This document shows positions 9,047 through 20,403 of a DNA stretch of 64,000 nt, in pieces (position 1 is the first letter of the stretch; every line of letters begins with the position of its first letter). Source of the stretch: Sutterella sp. GTDB lineage: Bacteria; Pseudomonadota; Gammaproteobacteria; Burkholderiales; Burkholderiaceae_F. The position numbers and the translations under genes were made by a program. Below the pieces are notes generated by a model. That model had not been told where the DNA came from. It was given only the letters and a program-made list of their open reading frames with translations, and ran no database searches. Location: NCBI GenBank assembly GCA_017936545.1, contig JAGBFJ010000059.1, forward strand, positions 18,958 to 82,957, written 5' to 3'.

Positions 9047-10207
9047 ATGACATACAACTTGAAGACACTGGCCGTCCTCACGGCCGGCACGCTTGCCGCT
9101 CTGACGTCCCAGGCCGAAGCCCGAACGTTCCTTGAAGCCGTCATCGATACGACGCCCGCCGGACTTGTTCGGGAATCCTCCGACCGCCCCGGCGACTTCG
9201 GCTCCCTCTGGCAGGATACCGTCAGAGGTTCCGAAGCCATCATGAAAAACGGCAGCAGCGTCTGGATCGTTCCCACCTACACCAACCATCCGACGTGGGA
9301 GTGGCCCGACCGCGCCGAGGAAAACGGCTTCCCCTTCGGCATGGGCATCGGCCGTCAGCTGATCGACAGCCGCGGCAACGAACGCACGTTCTTCTTCGTG
9401 AACTTCGTCGACTCCAATTACCGCATCGAACCGATGGTGGGCTATCAGTGGCTTGCCCGCTGGCCGCTCGGCAATACCGGCATGCACGTGGGCGCAGGCT
9501 ATCTGGCGGGCTTCACGATGCGCGGCGACTATATGTGGCTGCCCTGCCCGCTCCCGCTTCCGGTCGCCAAGATCGGCACGGACACCGTGTCCTTCTACGG
9601 CACCTACATTCCGTTCACGAACGTGCTCTTTTTCTATTCGACGATCACGATCGACGATGCGAAGCGCCGCGATCTGCCGCTGCCCGCCTCGAGTCCCTGG
9701 TCGTCGGCGGAAAACATGATATACGGCGGCATGGGCTGGCAGTACATGGACAACGGCGAGGAATATGCGCCCAACACCGTGAAGAACGACAGCTCCTGGC
9801 ACGCCGGCATGCGCCACTATTCGGGCAGAAACTGGGCGACCGACGTGTCCTACCGAAGGGCCGACCACGACATCCGCTCCGGCGCCGATCTTAAGCCGAA
9901 GAGCTACCGCTTCGAAACCTGGGCGGTTCAGCTTCAGTACAACATCGACGCCTTCGATTCGCTGCGCCTTTACGCCGGCGGCGGTCTCGGCTACTCGAAG
10001 ATGAAGGGACCGGGCGGCAGAGACAGCAGCCTCCATCCGGTGACATCGCTGGGCGCCACCTATGCGCTCACGAAGCATCTCTTCCTCAACGCCGACATGT
10101 TCACCTCGTTCTCGCGCTTCCACGGCACGGTCGAGGGACGCGACGGCGATTATCTCTTCCGTTCAATGCCGACCGACTTCACGCTTTCCGTCGGCTGGGC
10201 ATTCTGA
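9047..10207 (+). CDS. pagP: PagP-family lipid A palmitoyltransferase fused to a second OmpW/OmpA-like beta-barrel
   Basis: Signal peptide; PagP motifs IVPTYTNH, NGFPFGMG, FVDSN..IEPMVGY, LPCPLPLP, TYIP..NVLF; then about 165 aa of barrel sequence (YAGGGLGYS, LGATYAL) ending SVGWAF. Confidence 0.82.
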   Translation: MTYNLKTLAVLTAGTLAALTSQAEARTFLEAVIDTTPAGLVRESSDRPGDFGSLWQDTVRGSEAIMKNGSSVWIVPTYTNHPTWEWPDRAEENGFPFGMGIGRQLIDSRGNERTFFFVNFVDSNYRIEPMVGYQWLARWPLGNTGMHVGAGYLAGFTMRGDYMWLPCPLPLPVAKIGTDTVSFYGTYIPFTNVLFFYSTITIDDAKRRDLPLPASSPWSSAENMIYGGMGWQYMDNGEEYAPNTVKNDSSWHAGMRHYSGRNWATDVSYRRADHDIRSGADLKPKSYRFETWAVQLQYNIDAFDSLRLYAGGGLGYSKMKGPGGRDSSLHPVTSLGATYALTKHLFLNADMFTSFSRFHGTVEGRDGDYLFRSMPTDFTLSVGWAF

Positions 10208-10286
10208 CGAAGGTTACGGCGGACGGCTGCGCTTCCCGCTGTTAACCGTCCGTTCAGACTGTGCCGCTACAATTATCAGCAACCAC

Positions 10287-10319
10287 GGGCGGCCCGCCAT
10301 GTCGGCCGCCCTTTTTTTT
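10287..10319 (+). terminator. Intrinsic terminator
   Basis: GGGCGGCC...GGCCGCCC followed by T8. Confidence 0.75.
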
Positions 10320-10389
10320 CACCAGTTTCCTCATGCCGGACAAGCAGGAGTTCTCCGCCAGGCCGGCATACCTTCAGGAGTTGATCAAT

Positions 10390-11673
10390 ATGGATCGCAA
10401 CGACGAACTCTTCCAGCGCGCTCAGATTTCCATTCCGGGCGGCGTCAATTCCCCCGTGCGCGCCTTCCGCTCGGTGGGCGGCTCTCCGCGCTTCATCGAC
10501 CATGCCAAGGGCCCCTACATGTGGGACGTGACCGGCAAGCAGTTCACCGACTACATCCTCTCCTGGGGCCCGATGATTCTCGGTCACAACAATGACGACG
10601 TCATCGCCGCCGTCGACGCCGCCGTGTCGAAGGGCCTTTCCTTCGGCGCCGTCACCGAAGGCGAAACGCTCATCGCCGAAGAAATCCGCAAGCTCGTCCC
10701 GTCGATGGAGCAGGTCCGCCTCGTGAGCTCCGGCACTGAAGCCGGCATGTCCGCCATCCGTCTCGCCCGCGGCTACACCGGCCGCAACAAGATCATCAAG
10801 TTCGAAGGCTGCTACCACGGTCACTCCGACTCCCTGCTCGTGAAGGCGGGCTCGGGCATGCTCACGTTCGGCAATCCGTCTTCCGCCGGCGTTCCCGCCT
10901 CCGTGACCGAACATACCCTCGTTCTCGAATACAACAATCCGCAGCAGCTTGAAGAAGCCTTCGCCAAGTGGGGCGACGACATCGCCTGCGTGATCGTTGA
11001 AGCCGTCGCCGGCAACATGAACATGGTCCGCGGCAATCCCGAATTCCTCGGCACGATGCGCGTACTCTGCACGAAGTACGGCGCCGTCCTTATCGTCGAC
11101 GAAGTCATGACGGGCTTCCGCGTGGCGCTCGGCGGCGCCCAGCAGCACTACGGCATCACGCCCGACATCACCATGCTCGGCAAGGTGATCGGCGGCGGCA
11201 TGCCGGTGGCAGCCTTCGGCGGCCGCCGCGACATCATGCAGAAGATTGCCCCGCTCGGCCCGGTCTATCAGGCCGGTACGCTGTCCGGCAATCCGGTCGC
11301 CGTCGCCTGCGGTCTTGCCACGCTCAAAGGCATTCAGGCGCCCGGCTTCCACGACCGCCTCTCGGCAAGCGCCTCGCGTCTCGTCTCGGGTCTCACCGCC
11401 GCCGCTCAGGAAGCGGGCATTCCGTTCTGCGCCGACAGCGTGGGCGGCATGTTCGGTCTCTACTTCCTCCCCGAAATTCCGCACGGCTTTGCCGACGTGA
11501 TGAAGGCCGACACGGCGACGTTCAACCGCTTCTTCCACGGCATGCTCGACCGCGGCGTGTACTTTGCGCCGTCCACCTTCGAAGCGGGCTTCGTGTCCAG
11601 CATGCACACCGACGACGTCATCGACGCGACGGTGGCCGCCGCCCGCGAAGTTTTTGCCGAAATCGCCAAGTAA
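10390..11673 (+). CDS. hemL: Glutamate-1-semialdehyde 2,1-aminomutase
   Basis: [45 protein letters not shown]. Start MDRND follows a CAGGAG SD. Confidence 0.97.
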   Translation: MDRNDELFQRAQISIPGGVNSPVRAFRSVGGSPRFIDHAKGPYMWDVTGKQFTDYILSWGPMILGHNNDDVIAAVDAAVSKGLSFGAVTEGETLIAEEIRKLVPSMEQVRLVSSGTEAGMSAIRLARGYTGRNKIIKFEGCYHGHSDSLLVKAGSGMLTFGNPSSAGVPASVTEHTLVLEYNNPQQLEEAFAKWGDDIACVIVEAVAGNMNMVRGNPEFLGTMRVLCTKYGAVLIVDEVMTGFRVALGGAQQHYGITPDITMLGKVIGGGMPVAAFGGRRDIMQKIAPLGPVYQAGTLSGNPVAVACGLATLKGIQAPGFHDRLSASASRLVSGLTAAAQEAGIPFCADSVGGMFGLYFLPEIPHGFADVMKADTATFNRFFHGMLDRGVYFAPSTFEAGFVSSMHTDDVIDATVAAAREVFAEIAK

Positions 11674-11692
11674 ACCGGGAGGAAACGCGTCG

Positions 11693-13849
11693 ATGGGGAG
11701 CGTGAGAACCTGGATCGCGGCAGCGGCCGCACTCTTAACGGGCAGCGCGGCGATGGCCGCCGGCGGCAATGCCGGCTGGCTCTCGACCCTTGACCGCGCG
11801 GCGAGCGCCGAAGCGCAGAAACCCACGGTCACCGTGCGGCTGGCCGCCGAAAACCGGGGCCTCACTCCGCAGGCGGACAACCGTCTCGCCGTGGTCCTCG
11901 AGCACGAGCCCGGCTGGCACACCTACTGGCTGATGCCGGGCGACGCGGGTCTGCCGACACGGTTCGCGTTTACGAATCCCCGGGACATCACGCTCTCGAC
12001 GCCTCGTTTTCCCGTTCCCGAAAAGCTCATCACGCAGGGCATGGTGAGCTTCGGCTACGGCGGCCGGACGGTGTTCCCCTTTGAGGCGGAAGTCCCGCGC
12101 TTTCCCGAAGGACGCTCGGCGACCATCCGGGTGCACGTGGAGTTCCTCGCCTGCAAGGACGTCTGCGTTCCTGGCGAGGGAGACGCTGAAATCACGCTTC
12201 CCTACAACGTAGCGCCGAAACCGTCGCCCGACGCCGATCTGGTGGCCGGCGCGATCTCGCTCATTCCCGAGGCGGCCAGCATCGACGGTCTGAAGGCGGT
12301 CTACGAGGACAACCGTCTGCGCATCGACCTGCCTGCGGCTTCGGTCGGCGTCGAAAAGTCGCTCTCCTTCTTCCCGCTTGCCGAGCGGGCCTTCGTTCTC
12401 GCCGACGAACCGGTGTTCGCCAGAGACAAGGACGGCTCGTCGTCGCTTCTGATGACGCTCGACCCCGAGTACGCCAAAGCACCGGGCGAGCGTCTCTCAG
12501 GCGTCCTGGTTGCCGACGGCGGCCCGAGCGGGGGCGGCTGGGCAGTCGAAGCGGACATGCCGCTCGTCAGGGGCACGGTTTCCGCGCCGCCCGTCTTCTC
12601 GGGCGTGCTGCCCGCCTTTGAAGCCCAGGTATCTGTGACGACGCTCACGGCGCTGGTCTTCGCCTTCCTCGGCGGCCTCATTCTCAACCTGATGCCCTGC
12701 GTCTTCCCGATTCTGTCGCTCAAGATTCTGCAGCTCGTCGAAGGCTACCGCCGCGGAGAACGTCTGCTTCCCCACGGCATCGCGTTCACGGCCGGCGTGC
12801 TCCTCACGATGACGGCGCTAGCCGGCCTGCTGCTTGCGCTCAGGGGCGTGGGCATGGCCCTCGGATGGGGATTCCAGCTCCAGAGTCCCTGGGTCGTGGC
12901 CTTCCTCATCATTCTTTTCGTCGCCATCACGCTCAATCTGTTCGGCGTCTTTGAATTCACGGCGGCGAGCCATCTGGCCGACAGCCGGGCGGCGAGAAGC
13001 GCGCCGAAGTCCGGCGCCGGCAGCTCGTTCTTTACGGGCGTTCTGGCCGTCATCGTCGCGAGTCCCTGCACGGCGCCCTTCATGGGCGCGGCCCTCGGCT
13101 ACGCCGTGACGCAGCCCGCCTTCGAAGCGCTCGCCGTCTTCGTGTCGCTCGGTCTCGGCATGGCTCTGCCCTGGCTGCTGCTCTGCGTCTTCCCCGCCTG
13201 GTCGAAGTTTCTGCCGAAACCCGGCGCCTGGATGGACATCTTCCGCAAGGTGATGGCCGTGCCGATGGCGCTGGCCGTCGTCTGGCTCGCCTGGGTGCTG
13301 TCCAAGCAGGTGAGTCTCAACGGCATGCTCCTCATGGCCGCTGCCTCGGGCGCCACGACGGTCGCTCTCTGGCTGCTCGGACGCGAGCAGTGGGGCCGCG
13401 GCAGCAACCGGATTCTGATGGGCGTCATGGGCGTCTCGGCGGCTGCCGTGGTGGGCGTCATTGCGACGGGCGAATTCGACCGCGACGGCACCGTCGCAGG
13501 ACGCGGCGACTGGCAGCCCTGGAGTGAGAACGCCGTCAAGGCTGCGCTGACCGAAGGGCATCCGGTGTTCGTCGACTTTACGGCCGCCTGGTGCGTCACC
13601 TGTCAGGCCAACAAGCTGGCGGCTCTCAACCGTGACGAAGTGCAGGAGAAATTCCGCGAACTCGGCTACGTGCTTCTCGTCGGTGACTGGACCAACCGCG
13701 ATCCGGCCATCACCGAGGTGCTGGCTCAGTTCGGACGCTCCGGCGTGCCTCTCTATCTCGTCTACCGTTCCGACGGCCGCGTCGAGGTGCTCCCCGAGCT
13801 GCTGACGCCGGGCATCGTGATCGAAGCGCTGGAAAAGCAGGTCCGCTGA
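11693..13849 (+). CDS. dsbD: DsbD/ScsB-family protein-disulfide reductase
   Basis: HTYW..PGDAG and CKDVC periplasmic domain; TM motifs LMPCVFP and SPCTAP; thioredoxin motif FTAAWCVTC. Confidence 0.9.
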   Translation: MGSVRTWIAAAAALLTGSAAMAAGGNAGWLSTLDRAASAEAQKPTVTVRLAAENRGLTPQADNRLAVVLEHEPGWHTYWLMPGDAGLPTRFAFTNPRDITLSTPRFPVPEKLITQGMVSFGYGGRTVFPFEAEVPRFPEGRSATIRVHVEFLACKDVCVPGEGDAEITLPYNVAPKPSPDADLVAGAISLIPEAASIDGLKAVYEDNRLRIDLPAASVGVEKSLSFFPLAERAFVLADEPVFARDKDGSSSLLMTLDPEYAKAPGERLSGVLVADGGPSGGGWAVEADMPLVRGTVSAPPVFSGVLPAFEAQVSVTTLTALVFAFLGGLILNLMPCVFPILSLKILQLVEGYRRGERLLPHGIAFTAGVLLTMTALAGLLLALRGVGMALGWGFQLQSPWVVAFLIILFVAITLNLFGVFEFTAASHLADSRAARSAPKSGAGSSFFTGVLAVIVASPCTAPFMGAALGYAVTQPAFEALAVFVSLGLGMALPWLLLCVFPAWSKFLPKPGAWMDIFRKVMAVPMALAVVWLAWVLSKQVSLNGMLLMAAASGATTVALWLLGREQWGRGSNRILMGVMGVSAAAVVGVIATGEFDRDGTVAGRGDWQPWSENAVKAALTEGHPVFVDFTAAWCVTCQANKLAALNRDEVQEKFRELGYVLLVGDWTNRDPAITEVLAQFGRSGVPLYLVYRSDGRVEVLPELLTPGIVIEALEKQVR

Positions 13850-13864
13850 GACTGTCCGCAATGA

Positions 13865-13900
13865 AAAGGCGGCATTCCCGAAAGCAGGGATGCCGCCTTT
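13865..13900. terminator. Bidirectional terminator
   Basis: AAAGGCGGCAT...ATGCCGCCTTT between convergent genes. Confidence 0.75.
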
Positions 13901-13922
13901 CTTCATTTTATCCTTCCGTCTT

Positions 13923-15461
13923 TTAAGGCGCTGCAGCGGGCCGGTCGTAGGCCCACTCGATCACGCTGTTAAGAAACGCGATGCCGCCCGGCATGTTCTT
14001 TTCTCCGAGAACGCTCGCATAGAGGGCGTACCACCGGCCGTCCGCACCGTAGACATAGCCGCCGACAGAACGCACGTCGGACAGGAACCCCGTCTTCAGG
14101 TGAGCCCGTTCCACGGCAACTTTTCGACGGCTCATCGTGCCGTCGACGCCCGACATCGGAAGAGAGGCCGTAAATTCATGCCTATAGGGACTCATCCAGC
14201 CCGCGGCAAGCAGATCCGTCATGGCTGCCGCCGTCGTTCGGGTGTCTCGCGAAAGACCCGAGCCGTTGTCGATCCGGATGCTCCGGGGATCGATGCCCTT
14301 GCCGGCCAGCCACTCGGCCAGCACCGAGCGCGCATCGTCCAGCGTCACGCCTCTGGCCGGCGCGGACGCGTCTTTTCCGTCAGTCTCCCCGGCCTCCGCC
14401 TCCTGCTTCACCCGGACGGTTCCGAGCGTCAGAAAAATATGTCTGGCAATCTGATTGTTGGACCACTTGTTGACGAGTGCCGTCACTTCCGGAAGCGCCG
14501 GCGAAAAATGCACGGCCAGCCGTTCGGCCTTGTCGGGCACGCGACCCGTCACGACGCGTCCCCTCCAGGTGCGTCCTTCTTTCACCCAGAGCGCCCGGAT
14601 GAGCCGCTCGAGATATTCATCCGCCTGAAAGGCGATGACGTTGAAGTTCTTCTCTCCGCAGGCGGCGGGAAAGGCACCGTCGAACTTCACGGTCTTCGTT
14701 CCGTCGGCGGCGGACGTCAGCCGATAGCCGATCGCCGTCTTCCAGTCGCCGCAGCCGCCTTTCTTCTTGAGAGGCACGGAGGCGGGCACCCGGACGCCGG
14801 CCAGTCTGGGCACGGTCACGATCCGCGCTCGTCCGGCCGCCGGATCCGGCACGAAATCAAAACTCAGATTCCGCCAGTTGACGAGCGCCGCATCGGGAAG
14901 CTGATTGTAGGGACGGTTCCTTCTGCCGTCGAACGCGGCCGGGTCGCCCTTCGGGATATCGAAGTAGGACCGGTCAACAACGATGTCGCCCGCGATGTGG
15001 CGTAGACCGAGCTGGGCCAGCCGGTCCAGCAGAAGCGCGAACTTTTCAACGACGAGCGTCGGATCGCCGCCGCCCCGGATATACAGCGTTCCGATCCGTC
15101 CCTTGGCATCGGGGCGGGCATCGGCATAGATGCCGGTCGACCAGCGCCAGGCGCCGCCGAGCAATTCCAGACCGGCGAGCGTCGTCACGAGCTTGGCGGT
15201 TGACGCCGGCGCAGCGGGCCGGTCCGCATGCCAGGCGAAGACCGGCTTCGCGCCGTTCTGCCGGCCGGCCGCCCCGATCACGCCCGTGCCTTCGAGCGCC
15301 GTCAGCGACACCGTCACGTCCGCAGGATCCACCTTCCAGCGCGCAGCCGCCTTCATGAGCACCGGCGGCAGGCCCGGTTCCCCGGCCTCCGCAGGCACCC
15401 CCGTCAGCAGCAGAGCACCCGCTGCCAGCAGCGTGCAAGCTGCACTGCTTTTGCCTCTCAA
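13923..15461 (-). CDS. dacB: D-Ala-D-Ala carboxypeptidase/endopeptidase PBP4 (S13)
   Basis: PASTAK, GGGDP, KWSNN, DNGSGLSR, LKTG; signal peptide. Confidence 0.93.
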   Translation of the reverse strand: MRGKSSAACTLLAAGALLLTGVPAEAGEPGLPPVLMKAAARWKVDPADVTVSLTALEGTGVIGAAGRQNGAKPVFAWHADRPAAPASTAKLVTTLAGLELLGGAWRWSTGIYADARPDAKGRIGTLYIRGGGDPTLVVEKFALLLDRLAQLGLRHIAGDIVVDRSYFDIPKGDPAAFDGRRNRPYNQLPDAALVNWRNLSFDFVPDPAAGRARIVTVPRLAGVRVPASVPLKKKGGCGDWKTAIGYRLTSAADGTKTVKFDGAFPAACGEKNFNVIAFQADEYLERLIRALWVKEGRTWRGRVVTGRVPDKAERLAVHFSPALPEVTALVNKWSNNQIARHIFLTLGTVRVKQEAEAGETDGKDASAPARGVTLDDARSVLAEWLAGKGIDPRSIRIDNGSGLSRDTRTTAAAMTDLLAAGWMSPYRHEFTASLPMSGVDGTMSRRKVAVERAHLKTGFLSDVRSVGGYVYGADGRWYALYASVLGEKNMPGGIAFLNSVIEWAYDRPAAAP

Positions 15462-15511
15462 TCCTTACTCCCGCAAGCCCTAGAGCCAAGTTGTAAAAAA
15501 ATTTCACCGCG

Positions 15512-15543
15512 CCCCTTGTTTTTTTCGGGGGCGTCCCCATATA
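15512..15543 (+). promoter_or_regulatory. Sigma-32 heat-shock promoter of groESL
   Basis: CCCCTTG...CCCCATAT matches the RpoH -35/-10 consensus upstream of groES. Confidence 0.8.
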
Positions 15544-15683
15544 GGGGATAAATGCTAAGGCAAACCGCTCCGGCGGGGATGCCGGGGCAAGGTTTTTTAC
15601 AAAGGAGCCGAGGGCGTCGGGCGCAGATTGATCCCCCGCAGCCCCGCTCCGATATGTTCCGTTTTGATATTGGAGAACTCTAA

Positions 15684-15971
15684 ATGCAGATCCGTCCGTT
15701 GCATGACCGCGTCATCATCAAGCGTCTTGCCGCCGAAACGACCACCTCTTTCGGCATCGTGATTCCGGATTCCGCCGGCGAAAAGCCTGATCAGGGCGAA
15801 GTGATCGCCGTCGGCCCGGGCAAGCGCGACGAAGCCGGCCGCATCATCGCTCCCGACGTCAAGGTCGGCGATCGCGTTCTCTTCGGCAAGTACTCCGGCC
15901 AGACCGTGAAGGTCGACGGCGAGGAACTCCTCGTCATGCGCGAAGAAGACATCATGGGCGTTCTCGCCTGA
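15684..15971 (+). CDS. groES: Co-chaperonin GroES
   Basis: [37 protein letters not shown]. Confidence 0.98.
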   Translation: MQIRPLHDRVIIKRLAAETTTSFGIVIPDSAGEKPDQGEVIAVGPGKRDEAGRIIAPDVKVGDRVLFGKYSGQTVKVDGEELLVMREEDIMGVLA

Positions 15972-16026
15972 TTTGCCTCTCCGGCACTCCAACAGCATTC
16001 AGTTTTTACAAGCTAAAAGGATTTGA

Positions 16027-17670
<1,644 letters not shown>

Positions 17671-17722
17671 TTCAAGCCGGCAGCACTCTGACGCCGGTCT
17701 TCGGATCGGCGTAATGAACTGC

Positions 17723-17757
17723 AGGGCCCGGTTCCGCTGAGGAACCGGGCCCTTTTC
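17723..17757 (+). terminator. groESL terminator
   Basis: GGGCCCGGTTCC...GGAACCGGGCCC followed by TTTT. Confidence 0.8.
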
Positions 17758-17885
17758 ATATGCCGTCCGCCGCTTTCGAACCGGAAAACACCGCCGCCCC
17801 GGCGGTCGGCCCGGCGGGGCGGCGGAAGAAGGCTGCCCGGGGCCGTCCCTCGGGCTCTGGGCCTTCCCATCGGGTTCAGGACATC

Positions 17886-19349
17886 TCAGACGCCGGCCGC
17901 GGCGCTGGCGCCTGCGAGACGGCCGAACGTAAAGATATCGGCGATGGCGTTGCCGCCGACGCGGTTCGTGCCGTGGATGCCGCCCGTCACTTCACCCGCA
18001 GCGTAAAGCCCCGGAATCACCTTGCCCTGACGGTCAAGGACGCGGGCCTTCGTGTCGATGCGGGCGCCGCCCATCGTATGGTGACGGCACATGCCGAACG
18101 GACCGGCATAGAAGGGCGCCTTCACGATTTTGCGGCAGAGCATCTTTTCGGAGCGGCCGAGCGGGTCCTTCTTGGTGTCGACCAGGCGGTTGTACTCGGC
18201 AACCGTCTTCTTCAGCTCTTCGGCCGGCAGATTGACGAGCTTGGCAAGTTCGTCAAGCGTATTGGCTTCAAAGAGCGTGCCGTTCTTCAGCGCTTCGTGG
18301 TTCATCTTGTCGTAGTACTTGTTGTTTTCAACAAAGCCGTCCACGTCGACGAGCTGATACACCGTCTGATCCGTCTGAGCGAGCGTCGCGTCGCGAATCA
18401 CGTCGCGGCGAGCGTCTTCAGCCACATAGCGCTTGCCTTCCTTGTTGATGAAGATACAGTATTCGATCGCCTGGAAGACGTCGGCCGTGTGCTTGTAGCC
18501 CGGCGCCGTCCAGGGGATGCACTGGATGTAGTCCAGACCGACCGCCAGACCGTTCACGCTCTGGATGTAGGTCAGCACTTCACCCGTGGCGCCCGGCTGG
18601 TTCGTCGTATTGAGGCGGGTCAGACGCGGGTCGAAGAAGGAGCACATCTGCGGATTGGCCGAGAAGCCGCCGGCAGCAGCCACCACGCCCTTCGTCGCAC
18701 GCCAGTATTCCTTGCGGCCCTTCACCTCGACTTCCACGCCGAAAACGCGGCCGGCATCGGGCTTTTCGCGGATGATGCCGGTGATCTTGTGGTTCGTGAA
18801 CACCTCAAGTCCGATCTTCTTGGCATAGCTCACCGCAGCCTTGATGTAGTCGCTGCCGCTCTGGCCGAGCGGGTTGTGGCAACGCGGCCAGAGACCGCCG
18901 TAAATCTGGTAGACGCCCGGACGATACTTCACGCCGATCTTTTCCAGCCATTTGATCGACTCGGGAGCTCCCTTCGTCAGAATGGCGACGAGTTCCGGAT
19001 CGCCGCGGAAGTCACCCGCAGCCAGCGTCTGCTTCGCATGCAGCTCGGGCGAATCCTCCACGCCCGCCGCCTTGGCATCCTCAGGCACGGCCGCATTGAG
19101 ACCTCCGCCCGACACGAGCGTATTGCCACCCGGGAAGGCGAGTTTTTCGAGAACCACCGCATTGGCGCCCGCTTCCTTCGCAACAATGCCGGCAGACATG
19201 CCCGCACCGCCCGAACCGATCACGATGACGTCGTAGGTCTTGTCCCACTTGGTCGGAAGCGAGCACGGATCGGCTGCAAGCGCAGAACCCGAGGCAATCG
19301 CTGCGGGCAGAGCCGCGGCACCGGTAAGAAGAGCACGACGATTAAGCAT
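17886..19349 (-). CDS. Tat-exported flavocytochrome c-type flavoprotein (fumarate/urocanate reductase family)
   Basis: Tat signal MLNRRALL; VIGSGGAG, GGNTLVSGG, HHTMGG, GLYAAGEVTGGIHGTNRVGGNA. Confidence 0.9.
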   Translation of the reverse strand: MLNRRALLTGAAALPAAIASGSALAADPCSLPTKWDKTYDVIVIGSGGAGMSAGIVAKEAGANAVVLEKLAFPGGNTLVSGGGLNAAVPEDAKAAGVEDSPELHAKQTLAAGDFRGDPELVAILTKGAPESIKWLEKIGVKYRPGVYQIYGGLWPRCHNPLGQSGSDYIKAAVSYAKKIGLEVFTNHKITGIIREKPDAGRVFGVEVEVKGRKEYWRATKGVVAAAGGFSANPQMCSFFDPRLTRLNTTNQPGATGEVLTYIQSVNGLAVGLDYIQCIPWTAPGYKHTADVFQAIEYCIFINKEGKRYVAEDARRDVIRDATLAQTDQTVYQLVDVDGFVENNKYYDKMNHEALKNGTLFEANTLDELAKLVNLPAEELKKTVAEYNRLVDTKKDPLGRSEKMLCRKIVKAPFYAGPFGMCRHHTMGGARIDTKARVLDRQGKVIPGLYAAGEVTGGIHGTNRVGGNAIADIFTFGRLAGASAAAGV

Positions 19350-19628
19350 AATGATCACTCCTATGAAGCCGAACATCCGCCCGACAATGAACGGACGTTC
19401 ATTACCTATAGGAATTCTAGAATAGGGAAATATGCCTAGAGTGCTCTTTACATTTCCCATTTGGTCGAAAGGCAACCGAATACATCTGCAGTGCAGTCGA
19501 TTGCATCAATTTGATATCATCATGTTCGATTAATAATTGGCTGCGAACACTGCTGCGGAGTATTAAAAAACAAGCGCCTCCGGGCTTCCGCCCGAAAGCG
19601 CTTCAGTCAAATCAATGCCGATCAGCGG

Positions 19629-20225
19629 TCAGAGACCGACTAGCCTGGCGAATTCCGCTCCCTTCTGTTCGGCGACCGGCACGTAGCGGCCGTCCGCCGT
19701 TCTGGCCACGGAGAAGGGCACCGAACGGGTGCCGGCGCGGCGGGCAACCTTGCTGTTGTCCCAGACCTGCTTGCGCACCTCGAACGGATATTCTTTGCCG
19801 CGCACGTCGATGCCGCGGAATTCATCCTTGAAGTGAGCTTCATGTTCCAGGAAGGCCTTGGCGGGATCGGCGGCGCTCAGAATGGCGGCGCCCTGCGGTT
19901 CGCTCCAGGGGTTGAGCACGGCGACCGGGTACCAGACGAACTTCACGCGATCGAGATAGGGCTCGAATTCCTTGTACTGCCAGACACACCACGGACACTG
20001 GGTATCGAACACCACTCGGACCGTGATCTTGGCATCCTTGTTGCCGAAAACAATGCCCGTGCCTTTTTCCTCGAGCTCCACGAAGAATTCCTCGGCATTG
20101 AAGTCCGTCGGGACGTCGGGCTTTTTCGGCCAGGTCTTCTTGTCGGCAGCCATCACGGGCGCGGCTGCGGCGGCAAGGCTGAAAAGACCGGCACAGGCGA
20201 GAATCTGTCGGCGGTTGAAAGTCAT
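19629..20225 (-). CDS. DsbC/DsbG-like thioredoxin-fold protein with twin-arginine signal
   Basis: MTFNRRQIL signal; VFDTQCPWC; WYPVAVL; SVP cis-Pro loop. Confidence 0.8.
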   Translation of the reverse strand: MTFNRRQILACAGLFSLAAAAAPVMAADKKTWPKKPDVPTDFNAEEFFVELEEKGTGIVFGNKDAKITVRVVFDTQCPWCVWQYKEFEPYLDRVKFVWYPVAVLNPWSEPQGAAILSAADPAKAFLEHEAHFKDEFRGIDVRGKEYPFEVRKQVWDNSKVARRAGTRSVPFSVARTADGRYVPVAEQKGAEFARLVGL

Positions 20226-20403
20226 GCTGGGGTCCTCCGAGGGGCTGAATAATTCGAAACCTCTGCGCGGCACATCACTTGCCCGCACAGTGCTTTCAAG
20301 CTTACCGCCTCCGGGCGCCGGGCGGGCCCCTTCTAGGCGTTTACTCGGGAAAGAATTTGTTAATATGGCTCCCACTTCCACTTTCTTTTCAGCAGGATCT
20401 TGT

